From Abditibacteriales bacterium (lineage in GTDB: Bacteria; Armatimonadota; Abditibacteriia; Abditibacteriales; Abditibacteriaceae), in NCBI GenBank assembly GCA_038236075.1, contig JBBSTH010000003.1, forward strand, positions 2,426 to 34,425: 32,000 nt of DNA, in the 5' to 3' direction. The notes beneath the pieces were generated by a model, which did no database searches, had not been told where the DNA came from, and saw nothing but the letters and a program-made list of their open reading frames with translations. The position numbers and the translations under genes were made by a program. Each line of letters opens with the position of its first letter. Positions within the stretch are counted from its first letter, which is position 1. Of the stretch, positions 1 through 8,898 are shown in pieces.

Positions 1-1092
1 AAACCTTACGATTGGATTGCCGACGATGACTTACATTTCAGTAAGGACAGCAAGCGTGTGGCCTACTGGGCGGAGCGAGGCGGGAAATATTTCATTGTCA
101 CCAGCGACCAAAGCGGAGCAAAGGAAGTTCCATCTGGTCCCGCTTCGGGCACCAGCACGCGCATGGTGCGCCTCCTGCAGCGCAACGATAAGGAAATGGT
201 TGTGATTGATGGACGTCTCGGCCCGGCCTACGATGGAATTGGATCGGATGAGTTTAGATACAAAACGCCGCTTAGCCCTGACAGAAAGCGCGTGGCCTAT
301 GCAGCACGGCGCGGTAAGAAGTGGATGGCAGTGGTGGATGGAAAAGAAGGCAAAGCCTATGATGCGGTGAGCGAGCTTCTCTTCAGCCCCGACAGTCGGC
401 ACCTTTCCTACATCGCCTACTCAGACGCTCAGAATGGGCAAAGTTTCATGGTGCGGGACGGGCAGGAAAGCAAACCCTTTGAACACAGCATTGTCTCTCC
501 TATTTTCAGCCCCGATAGCCAACATCTGGCCTACATTCTCCGGGGCGATGGCGACGCGGTGGTGCGCGATGGCCAGCAGGGACAGACGTATCCGGTAGTG
601 GAAGGTCTTCGTTTCAGCGCCGACAGCGCGCATCTGCTTTACGACGCGAACCAAGTTGTTCAAGAGAAATTCACGCCGCTGGTAGTGCGCGACGGCAAGG
701 AATATCCCCGCTCCACCGTATGGAGTGCTGATGGAGCGCACACGGCTTCCCTCGCTAAGCGTGACAGTAAAACGCTCGTTGTCCACGATGGTCAGGAAGG
801 CAAGCCCTTTGATGATGTTAACGGTCTGACTTTGGGCCCCGACGGACGCCATTTAGCGTATTGGGCCAAACACGATAACCGTTGGTTTATCGTGGTGGAT
901 GGTGTCGAAGGCAAGTCTTACCTGGACGGGTTAGGCGCCGAACCTTTCCTTATGCCCAGCGAGGAGGAATTTCGGGGAACTACAACTCGGCTCCAACCGC
1001 TTGTTTTCCTTGATGCGAAGACGGTGCAAACTCTGGCGTTGCGCTCCGATAATGAAGTCGTGGGCGTGCGGATTGAAATTGTCGAAGAATAG
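1..1092 (+). CDS. PD40 / WD40-like beta-propeller repeat protein (5' end cut by window edge)
   Basis: Frame 1 is open from nt 1 (KPYDWIADDDLHFSKDSKRVAYWAE...) into the listed 58..1092 ORF. It has at least 6 repeats of the pattern (F/W)S(P/A)D(S/G)xHLxY...VVxDGxEGKxYD, which resemble TolB-type PD40 blades. Stop TAG at 1090-1092. Confidence 0.6.
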   Translation, partial: KPYDWIADDDLHFSKDSKRVAYWAERGGKYFIVTSDQSGAKEVPSGPASGTSTRMVRLLQRNDKEMVVIDGRLGPAYDGIGSDEFRYKTPLSPDRKRVAYAARRGKKWMAVVDGKEGKAYDAVSELLFSPDSRHLSYIAYSDAQNGQSFMVRDGQESKPFEHSIVSPIFSPDSQHLAYILRGDGDAVVRDGQQGQTYPVVEGLRFSADSAHLLYDANQVVQEKFTPLVVRDGKEYPRSTVWSADGAHTASLAKRDSKTLVVHDGQEGKPFDDVNGLTLGPDGRHLAYWAKHDNRWFIVVDGVEGKSYLDGLGAEPFLMPSEEEFRGTTTRLQPLVFLDAKTVQTLALRSDNEVVGVRIEIVEE

Positions 1093-1355
1093 AATCTCAA
1101 ACTGCGCCAGCTTCACCACTCGCAACCAGAGCGACGCCGTTTTTGTAGCTCTCTGGATCGGATGATAGGCGGGCATGACTGAGGTGGTGCCTAAACAGCA
1201 GTACAAAAAGGCGCTGCACCCGACCGCCTGCCCCAGAGGGAATCCTCTTCGTTCGTCGTTCCTTCTTACCCCGCTTCCGGCGGTGGGAGAGGTTGGAGTG
1301 GAACGAAATTAGTAGTAAAATGGATGGTGAATCTTTTGATTAAAGGAATGAAAAA

Positions 1356-2561
1356 ATGTTATCAATTTCATCAAGAATACCACTGGCGCAAATTTTTCTG
1401 TTGACGCTGACGGTCGGCATCGCGAGTGCTTCGTGGGCGCAAACCGAGGATGAAGTATTATGGCAAAAACTCGACATCACGGAAGATGGTTGGCTTGATG
1501 GCAAAGAGCTCGATGAAACTTTGAAAGAATACGATACCGATGGCGACAAGGAAGTCACCAAAGCGGAATTTTTAGCGGGCCGCGCCAAAGCGCGCGACGT
1601 GGGTCATGCCTCGTCGGTCGAAGCAGACACGCAACTCTTCCAAAAAATTGATGCGAGCGAGAACGGTTATTTGTCGGGTAGCGAACTCGACAGCGATAAC
1701 GCCCGCAGCTTCGATGCTAACGGCGATAAGCGCGTGACACTTGAGGAGTTTTTGGCCGGTCGCGCCAAGGAGCGCGGCGTGAGGGCTCTGGTGACCGCAC
1801 CCGCCACGAAAACTCAACCGGTGACGAAACCCGCCGTGAAACCAACGCCAAAAACTGCTGGCAAACCGGCAACACAACCTACGACCGCAACCCAACCGAA
1901 AGAAGCGATGCCCGCGCCCATCGTCATGACGAAAGACAAAATCAACGGCCTGTTTTTCATGACGCGGTTTTGGTCGGGTTCGGGAACTCTGGAAAAAGCG
2001 AGCTGGTATTTCGCACCCGACGGCAAGTATTATCGGGATCTCACAACTGGTTTTTCGAGTGCAGAATTGGCGGCCTTCGACGGCGAAAAAGGCACTTATA
2101 AAGTTGCGGGCAACCTCCTTTCAACAACTCGCAGCAACGGTGAAAAGACCGAAAGTGAAATCGAGCCTTCCACAAATGCCTGGTATTGGAACGGCGGCCT
2201 TTTCACCTCGGTCACGCCGTTCGAGAACGCCACGGAACTGGTCGGCAGCTATGAAGGCGGCGAATCTTCCGTTTATTCCGGCAACGTCGCCACGATTTCC
2301 AAAACGCTGAATTTGCAGCCCAATGGCACTTTTTCCTGGGGTGGGTTGGCCTCGTTCAAAACCAATGGCAATACCACAACCACCAGAACCGCCAGCGAAA
2401 GCACACTTGCTGGCAAATGGAGTCTCTCAGGTTACGTCCTCACGCTCACCACAAACGATGGCCAGGTTACGAAAGGCATTTCATTTCCCTACGACAACGA
2501 AAAAACCGAGATCAAACCCGACCGCTTCTTTTTCGCCGGAACAATGTATAAAAAACAATGA
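1356..2561 (+). CDS. Secreted protein with four EF-hand Ca2+-binding loops, a Pro/Thr/Lys-rich linker and an uncharacterised C-terminal domain
   Basis: ATG at 1356 is preceded by AAGGAA. The signal peptide is MLSISSRIPLAQIFLLTLTVGIASA/SWAQ. There are four canonical 12-residue EF loops: DITEDGWLDGKE, DTDGDKEVTKAE, DASENGYLSGSE and DANGDKRVTLEE. A PATKTQPVTKPAVKPTPKTAGKPATQPTTATQPK linker follows. Confidence 0.75.
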   Translation: MLSISSRIPLAQIFLLTLTVGIASASWAQTEDEVLWQKLDITEDGWLDGKELDETLKEYDTDGDKEVTKAEFLAGRAKARDVGHASSVEADTQLFQKIDASENGYLSGSELDSDNARSFDANGDKRVTLEEFLAGRAKERGVRALVTAPATKTQPVTKPAVKPTPKTAGKPATQPTTATQPKEAMPAPIVMTKDKINGLFFMTRFWSGSGTLEKASWYFAPDGKYYRDLTTGFSSAELAAFDGEKGTYKVAGNLLSTTRSNGEKTESEIEPSTNAWYWNGGLFTSVTPFENATELVGSYEGGESSVYSGNVATISKTLNLQPNGTFSWGGLASFKTNGNTTTTRTASESTLAGKWSLSGYVLTLTTNDGQVTKGISFPYDNEKTEIKPDRFFFAGTMYKKQ

Positions 2562-2665
2562 GGCGAAAACGCGCGCATTTCCAAGCGTGAAATGGAAGTC
2601 GCAAATCAAATTTCGCAAAAGTTCGTTTCGCCCATTTGTAGGGATAATTCGAGATTGACTTGTCT

Positions 2666-2698
2666 TACGCAAACACCCCATTTGCGTAGAGAGTTTTT
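2666..2698 (+). terminator. Weak candidate intrinsic terminator downstream of the EF-hand gene
   Basis: An 8-bp stem TACGCAAA / TTTGCGTA (2666-2673 / 2681-2688) has a 7-nt loop. A TTTTT run follows at 2694-2698, separated from the stem by 5 nt, which is suboptimal geometry. Confidence 0.2.
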
Positions 2699-2875
2699 CA
2701 GACCGTCACGCCCGCGCATGGAGCAAACGTAAAACTTCAAGCGCCGCCACGTCGCGGCCAACCCCTTACGAACTTTATTTTGAGGGGCGCATTTTTTGAC
2801 GGTTCCTGAAGGTAAATTCTGCCGCTGATATGACCGAAATTAGTCGTTTTTGAGATAACGATAGCGAAACCGGGT

Positions 2876-5800
2876 CTACTTCTGCTCCTTTTGATTTTTA
2901 GCCAGCCATTGCTTGAAAGTTGCGCTATCTGGTGGCACCAAACCATTGGCAGCGAACTGTTGCAAGTCAGAGAGAATAACATCAAAAAATCGCTTGCCAT
3001 GCACTTTGGTCTGCTTGTTTTGGCGGCACAGTGCGATGGCTTTATCGAGTTGATCGTTGAAGAGATAACCATGAACCAGATTAACCGCGATCCAAGATTG
3101 GTCGGGTGCCATGGCAAGACCGCGCGAGGCATCGGAGATCGCTTCTTTGGGACGATGGTAAAGCACTTCGAGATAAGCCATTTGTCCCAGCGCCGAAGCC
3201 GCCTGAGGCTGCACCTGGTCTTTAACTGGCGTGTTTTTTAGCAACTCGAATTGTTCCAAACTTTTCCGGTAAGCGGCGCGTGCGGGCAGCAAGTTCCCCA
3301 AGCTTAACTGAGCGTCGCCGATATTGGCGTAGATTTCCAGTAACTCTTGCTGAACTTGCAGATTGCCCTTGTCTTTTGCCAGGTTTTCCAGCAGCGGCAA
3401 ACTTTTAGCGAAGAGAGGCAATGACGCGGCGATTTTCCCTTGCGAAAGCGCGAGCACACCCAGACGATTCCAGCTTGTGCTGAGGTCGTGTTGCGCTTCG
3501 GCGTTACTCTTATCTTTAGCTAATTCCAGAGCAATGTTCAAACTCTTATGAAAGGTTTTGATGGCGGCATCCGTTTGATTTTGCGCCAGTTGCAATTCGC
3601 CAATGCGGTCGTAAACGGCGGATAAATCGCGGAGCGGTTCGGCTGTGGCGGTGCCATCTTTGTGGGCGCGTTTCACCAGTTCAGTCGCCAGCGGCAACGC
3701 CAAATCGTAGGCTTTTCGCGCTTTATCGTAAACCTTTTGATCGAATTGAACATCGCCACTTTTCATGGCGGTTACCAGTAAGTCGCGCTGAGCCTGTGTA
3801 TTTTCCTTGTCTTGGGCCAACACCGCGCGGATATCCCAGGCTTGTGCGTAGGCTTGTGCGGCACCTTTGTCGTCTTTGAGCAATTGCCGCACATCGCCCA
3901 TCTTTTCTAGGCTAACCGATAAATCGCGTTGAGCCGTCGGAGCGAAATCGCCGCGCGCTAAATCGGTGCGAATCGCCAGGCTTTTGGCGAAAAAGTCCTT
4001 CGCTTTTTGCAATTCGTCGGTGGCCTGATAGCTTTCGCCCATTTTTTCGTAGTTAGTTGCCAAATCGCGCCATGCACCGGGAGTTGGTTTATTCTTGGAC
4101 AGTTCCTCGGTAATAGCCAGGCTTTTTTGGTAGGCCGCGCGCGATTGACTCAGATCGCCCAAGGTCTGCCAAGTATCGCCGATACGTTGCAAGTTGACCG
4201 CTTGTTCGCGGCGCGCAGTGGGCGTTTGGGAATCCATCGCCAAAATCCGATCCAGCAGGGCGATGTTTTCCTCAAAAATCGCTTTGATGATCGGGCGACT
4301 TTCCGGGACATCGGCCAGCTTATCCGGAATTTCGTAAGTCCACTTGCCGATGGCATCCAAGGCCAATTTTTTCTGCACTGCCGTCTTTTGCCATTGAAGA
4401 TAGCTAAAAGTGCCAAAACCCGCGATCATCAGGAAAAACGTCGCCAACACGCTACTGATAATCGTCCACTTCTGGCGTCGAGCGCGTCGCACCCGTTGTC
4501 GTGAAGCCTGAATGTATTCGATGGTGTCCGAATCCAAATCGGTCAGGCGCAGACTGATCATATTTTCGGCTTCGGCCAGGGGCATACCCTCGCGCAGCAG
4601 AAAATCCGGGCGTTTATCTTCGGTCTGCCAGTGAGTGACTTCAGCGGTGATACGCGTGCGCGCGCGCAGAAAATCAATGTCGCCCACCAGCCATTCTTGA
4701 AGGCGTGGCCAGTGTCGTAGCAAGGCTTCGTGCGCCACGCGAATCACCGGCTCTGCCGCCGTGGCCCCTGTGCCCTCCGCTTCGTCTACGACCAACAAAC
4801 GGGCGTCAATGAAGGCTTTAATCAGCGTGCGCCGCGCTTCGTTGGTCACCACGCTATTTATCATTACGCGCCGCGCGGCGATGAGGGAATCGCGCTCGGT
4901 GTCAACCGTGACCAGCGCCCGCAAAACGCCCGGCAACTCTGCTTGCGCCGCCTTGGAAAGCGACTGAAAAACGGCTTCGGCACGCTCGGCCAAAGCGCCT
5001 TCCAATCCGCCCAATTGACGATAAGCCTCGAAGGTCAACACGCCTTTTTCTGTGCGGCTTTTGAAGAGTTCATCGAGAGTGAATTGCAACAGGGGCAACG
5101 CGCCGGGGTTTTTGCCAGCGGCATCGTGTAGCACATCGCTGAGGCGTTCTCCGCTGATGGGATCGACTTCAAAACGCAATCCTGCCGCGCGCGTGGGTTG
5201 AATGAGAATTTGGCCGATTTCGGCAAACGTGGGCGGCACCAAATGATATTGGCCGCTTCCTTCCTTGAGCTTCACCAAATCGGGAATTTCGGCGCAGCGA
5301 GCGTAAAAGTCACTGCGCATCGTCGCTATAATGGAAATCAGACCGCTACATGCCAAAACCGACAATACCGCAACAAAGGTTTGGCGTTCCTCTGCGCCCA
5401 GCCAATCGAGCGTGAAAATTTCCTCAAACTGATCCACCAGCAACGCCAGGCGAGCCGCTGGCACCGAAGCGAGTTGTTCCTGTTCTTGAGTCGCTAACGC
5501 CGCCTTTTCCAACGCTGCGTGCAATGAACTCACGGCGCGTTGCGGAGCTTCGCGGAGCAGAGCGGCCAACTCGGCCGCGTCCATGCCGATTTCTGGCAGG
5601 GCTTTGGGTTCGAGTAACGCCAAGGCCAGACCGTAGAGCAGATCATCGGAAGCATCGCTGGGCTTAAAAATGCTCCAACGCCACAGAGCCACGCCTTCGA
5701 CAACGCCCGGTTGAGTGAGCGTCGGCAAAACACCGGCGCGCACCAGAGACGACTTGCCGCTGCCGCTCATGCCGAAAATCATCAGGAACGAACAACCTTG

Positions 5801-7447
5801 AGCGGCATGGCGCACCAGAGCATCTCGAATCTCGCCAATGGCGCGCGTGCGCCCAAAGAAAATCGGGGCGTGTTCCATATCGAAGGCTTCCAGGCCGCGA
5901 TAGGGCGAGCCTTTGTGCCAGCGAATCGCAAAGGTGCCTTCCTCTGCGTCGGAGCTGAATTTTGGCAGGCGTTCTTTGATGAGCTTGCGCAGGTGACTTT
6001 CCAGCAATCGCTCAAATTCATCGGGCGTGGGAAAATTGTGGAAGGCGGCCTTGAACGTTTCCTGGGCGTTGCCAAACCAGCGATCAATGAAGGTATCGAG
6101 CGCCTTTTTTTGCGCGAGGCGTCCGAGCAGAGCCTCTTCATCACTCATGCTCGCCAACGGCTCGGACGATTTGCGGTAGACCATCAAATCGGGCGTGCCG
6201 CGCTCCTGGAACGAAGCCAACGCGTCCTCGAATTCCCATTCGGTGCCAGAAGAATAGAGCGTTCCATCGGAGCGCCGAAACTGTTCCGGCAAGCGCGTGC
6301 CTAACCGTGACCACAAAATACAAATCACGATGTCGGTGGAAGAAGGCGGAATGATTTGTTCTTGAAAATGGCTGGTCGCGCGCAACGGTTCGTGTTCCCA
6401 TAAAATTGGCACCAATTCCACAAAGGCCGCGAATTCGCCCTGCAAGCGTTCCACCACGCGCGTTGCAATTAAACGTTCCTGTCCCACGTCGCCGGGCGAC
6501 GAAATGAAAATTTGCAGCCTTTTCGGGGACGATTCGGCGGGTGGGGTGGACTCCTCGGCAGAAGGCTGGATTTCGGCGCGCGCTGCTACTTTTTCAATTG
6601 CAACCTCTTGAACTGAAACGCCTGTGTTATCGGATTGGGGAAGAATGTGGGCAGATGTCTCACCATCGGCATCGAGAATCGGCGTTTCCGCTTCCTCTTT
6701 ATCGAACAGTTTTTCAGCTTCGTCATGGAGAGCTTCTTCGTGCGCGATGATTTCGGCGTCTTGCTGAGAAATAACGGTCAAAGAACCAGAAACGCCGTTC
6801 GAGCCGTGAAGAGGAACCGGCAAACTTTCGGTAGGATTAACTTCCTCGTCCACATTCGGCGAAGGCAAAGCAAGCGGCGCTAATGTGACGATTTCTGGAA
6901 TGGCATTGGTATTTGAGGGTAATTCTTCAGCGGATTCTTCCGTGACCTCGCTTTCTTGGCTTGGAGCGGCGGGCAAAGCGGGAAGTTCGAGAGCGGCTTC
7001 AATTTGTGGGAAGGTTTGAGCGGGAGCAAAAATCGCGGCCACCGGGGCGCAGCAAAGGAAAATTTTGTCTTCCAGATCGTTGCGCAGCAGGCGAAATTCG
7101 TAAAAATCTACGGGTTGGGCCAGCGTTTTCTGCAAAAGCTCTTCATATTGTTCCAATGTTTCCGTAAGTCCTTCGATGCGGCTAACAACCGTTGAGGTTT
7201 GCGCGGGTGGGCAGTCCGCGAGACGCCATTCTTCCAGGCCGTTGAGTCCGAAGCGAGTCAAGGTGGCACCGTGACGCGCGAGCAGTTCTTCCAGAACCTG
7301 CCCTAATTTGGCTTGTCCTTGGGCGCGCTCTTGCAATTTCGATTCAGAGAGCCGTGCCACCTCCTCCACGAATGAGATGTAATCATCCCATTCGGTCGCT
7401 TCTGCGGGAAGCGTCTTCAATTCGTCGAGCCAGATATTCCATTTCAT
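2876..7447 (-). CDS. Giant STAND-class P-loop NTPase: N-terminal helical domain, acidic disordered linker, DUF4062/TIR-like Rossmannoid domain, nSTAND-type NTPase, one TM helix and a C-terminal TPR array
   Basis: This is the 1533-aa ORF in the track. The listed start at 7477 is TTG. I prefer the in-frame ATG at 7447 (MKWNIWLD...), which is preceded by GAGGGA 5 nt upstream. The motif IFISSPGDVGQER...DIVICILWSRLGT...SGTEWEFEDAL (track aa 320-437) resembles DUF4062. Walker A is FGMSGSGKSSLVRAGVLP; I verified nt 5750-5773 translate to GMSGSGKS. Walker B is LALLVDQFEEIF. The hydrophobic helix is WTIISSVLATFFLMIAGFGTFSYL (nt 4400-4471). About 400 aa of TPR-like repeats follow (xxLGDxxxxxGxxxxAxxxYxKSLxI). 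Confidence 0.85.
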   Translation of the reverse strand: MKWNIWLDELKTLPAEATEWDDYISFVEEVARLSESKLQERAQGQAKLGQVLEELLARHGATLTRFGLNGLEEWRLADCPPAQTSTVVSRIEGLTETLEQYEELLQKTLAQPVDFYEFRLLRNDLEDKIFLCCAPVAAIFAPAQTFPQIEAALELPALPAAPSQESEVTEESAEELPSNTNAIPEIVTLAPLALPSPNVDEEVNPTESLPVPLHGSNGVSGSLTVISQQDAEIIAHEEALHDEAEKLFDKEEAETPILDADGETSAHILPQSDNTGVSVQEVAIEKVAARAEIQPSAEESTPPAESSPKRLQIFISSPGDVGQERLIATRVVERLQGEFAAFVELVPILWEHEPLRATSHFQEQIIPPSSTDIVICILWSRLGTRLPEQFRRSDGTLYSSGTEWEFEDALASFQERGTPDLMVYRKSSEPLASMSDEEALLGRLAQKKALDTFIDRWFGNAQETFKAAFHNFPTPDEFERLLESHLRKLIKERLPKFSSDAEEGTFAIRWHKGSPYRGLEAFDMEHAPIFFGRTRAIGEIRDALVRHAAQGCSFLMIFGMSGSGKSSLVRAGVLPTLTQPGVVEGVALWRWSIFKPSDASDDLLYGLALALLEPKALPEIGMDAAELAALLREAPQRAVSSLHAALEKAALATQEQEQLASVPAARLALLVDQFEEIFTLDWLGAEERQTFVAVLSVLACSGLISIIATMRSDFYARCAEIPDLVKLKEGSGQYHLVPPTFAEIGQILIQPTRAAGLRFEVDPISGERLSDVLHDAAGKNPGALPLLQFTLDELFKSRTEKGVLTFEAYRQLGGLEGALAERAEAVFQSLSKAAQAELPGVLRALVTVDTERDSLIAARRVMINSVVTNEARRTLIKAFIDARLLVVDEAEGTGATAAEPVIRVAHEALLRHWPRLQEWLVGDIDFLRARTRITAEVTHWQTEDKRPDFLLREGMPLAEAENMISLRLTDLDSDTIEYIQASRQRVRRARRQKWTIISSVLATFFLMIAGFGTFSYLQWQKTAVQKKLALDAIGKWTYEIPDKLADVPESRPIIKAIFEENIALLDRILAMDSQTPTARREQAVNLQRIGDTWQTLGDLSQSRAAYQKSLAITEELSKNKPTPGAWRDLATNYEKMGESYQATDELQKAKDFFAKSLAIRTDLARGDFAPTAQRDLSVSLEKMGDVRQLLKDDKGAAQAYAQAWDIRAVLAQDKENTQAQRDLLVTAMKSGDVQFDQKVYDKARKAYDLALPLATELVKRAHKDGTATAEPLRDLSAVYDRIGELQLAQNQTDAAIKTFHKSLNIALELAKDKSNAEAQHDLSTSWNRLGVLALSQGKIAASLPLFAKSLPLLENLAKDKGNLQVQQELLEIYANIGDAQLSLGNLLPARAAYRKSLEQFELLKNTPVKDQVQPQAASALGQMAYLEVLYHRPKEAISDASRGLAMAPDQSWIAVNLVHGYLFNDQLDKAIALCRQNKQTKVHGKRFFDVILSDLQQFAANGLVPPDSATFKQWLAKNQKEQK

Positions 7448-7694
7448 AAATCCCTCAATTTCCTGTTTTTTGAACAAAAATTAAAAACTGCGATGGCACA
7501 ATTCACTTTTGCGTGCGTTATGTGTTATATTTTCTCTTAAGTGAGTGTTTATCGCAGTATAAATGTATTGGCAGAGAGTATTTTTGTGACAAGAAATCTT
7601 TGATGTCGAGAATTCAATTTTAAACTTGTCAATATCTTGTTTCCCCTGCCAAATATGTTTGCGCTGACTGTTTATTGTTGCCAAAAGGATTTGC
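7448..7694. promoter_or_regulatory. AT-rich divergent promoter region between the STAND gene (-) and the 7695 gene (+)
   Basis: This 247-nt non-coding gap is clearly more AT-rich than its flanks and separates two divergently oriented genes. It contains several TATAAT-like hexamers (TATAAA, TTATAT, AAATAT). No single -35/-10 pair is convincing. Confidence 0.4.
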
Positions 7695-8876
7695 ATGACC
7701 AACCTCAAAATCTGCCGACTTGCTACAAAAACCTCCGTTGTCACACTTCTCGTTTTTGGTTTGACCGCTTCTGCCAGCAACGCAGTAGAACTCATCGGGC
7801 AAACCGCCAAGTTCTCTCGCTCCACATCGCTGGCAATGTGCGAAAAGTCGGCGCCGATTTACCGCTTTGGCGAAACGGATTGGCGCTTGGCCAGTCGCGC
7901 TGGTGCAACTTCTTCAAAGGGAGCGAAGATTCGTCCGTGTGTTACAGGGGAAGATCAACTGCCAGGCGAAGTTCCTGTGTTGCCTTTGGGAGAACCTGTT
8001 ATTCGTTCGCTTGCTCTGGAAGCACCGCCCTCACCGGCGCCCGCAGAGCCGACAGATGTTGTTGAAAATGGGCCGCAATCTGTGCTGGTCGTTCCCCTGG
8101 CAACAGAAGAGGAGAAACCGGCTCCGGCGACTTTACAAGATCGGTTTGAGCAGTTAAATCAGCGTCTTAAAACTGTGCAAGGCGTGGAAGAAGCCGACTT
8201 GCATCCCCTGTTGTTGTCGCTGCCCAGTTTGACTTCCAACATTCCCACCGCTTACGGCGGTTCGTTGGGCACCATTGGCGTGGGCATTGGTTATCAAGAT
8301 CGGCCTCGGTTCGGCAGCAAAGGCGATGGAGACTTGGGCGTGGTTCTCGGTCTGGGCAACCCCAAAAAAATCGGTTTTGATTTGCAGTTGACGAGTCTGG
8401 ATATTTCCCAGCCAACCCATGATCTTGCCATTGGATTTAAGCTGCACCGAGTGCTACCGCGAGATTACGTCGTCGCCCTGGGATTGGAAAATGAGACGTT
8501 TCGCGGCTCTTCCGATAGCGTCCACAGTTGGTATGGAGTGGTTACCAAAAAAATTAATCTTAAGGAGAGCCGCCGTGAGATGTTCAGCCGCCTTTATCTC
8601 ACTGCCGGACTGGGAAGTGGACGTTTCAAAAAGGATTTTGATACTGTCCGGGGCGGAACGGGAACTCTGAATGTCTTTGGCGGCGCGGCTCTGAGCCTGG
8701 GCGAGCCAGCCACCGTCTTCTTAGAGTGGGGCGGCCAAGACCTCAATATCGGCGCTTCTCTTGTGCCCTTTCGCAATCAATCCATTGTCATCACGCCCAC
8801 CATCGCCGATGTCACGGGATCTGCTGGTAATGGCCGGCGCTTTCTGCTGACTGTCGGTTACTTTTTTGCGCGCTAA
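7695..8876 (+). CDS. Secreted hypothetical protein, possible outer-membrane beta-barrel
   Basis: ATG at 7695 is preceded by AAGGA. The signal peptide is MTNLKICRLATKTSVVTLLVFGLTASASNA. The C-terminal 230 aa are Gly-rich with alternating hydrophobic beta-strand patterns and end in ...LLTVGYFFAR. I recognise no family. Confidence 0.6.
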   Translation: MTNLKICRLATKTSVVTLLVFGLTASASNAVELIGQTAKFSRSTSLAMCEKSAPIYRFGETDWRLASRAGATSSKGAKIRPCVTGEDQLPGEVPVLPLGEPVIRSLALEAPPSPAPAEPTDVVENGPQSVLVVPLATEEEKPAPATLQDRFEQLNQRLKTVQGVEEADLHPLLLSLPSLTSNIPTAYGGSLGTIGVGIGYQDRPRFGSKGDGDLGVVLGLGNPKKIGFDLQLTSLDISQPTHDLAIGFKLHRVLPRDYVVALGLENETFRGSSDSVHSWYGVVTKKINLKESRREMFSRLYLTAGLGSGRFKKDFDTVRGGTGTLNVFGGAALSLGEPATVFLEWGGQDLNIGASLVPFRNQSIVITPTIADVTGSAGNGRRFLLTVGYFFAR

Positions 8877-8898
8877 AAATTTCTCTGGAGGCTTTTCC

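Noticed and set aside
7481-7825. A 114-aa minus-strand ORF lies in the AT-rich divergent promoter region.
   Set aside because: It overlaps the 5' end of the 7695 gene. Its composition is AT-biased low-complexity, and it has no start context or domain.
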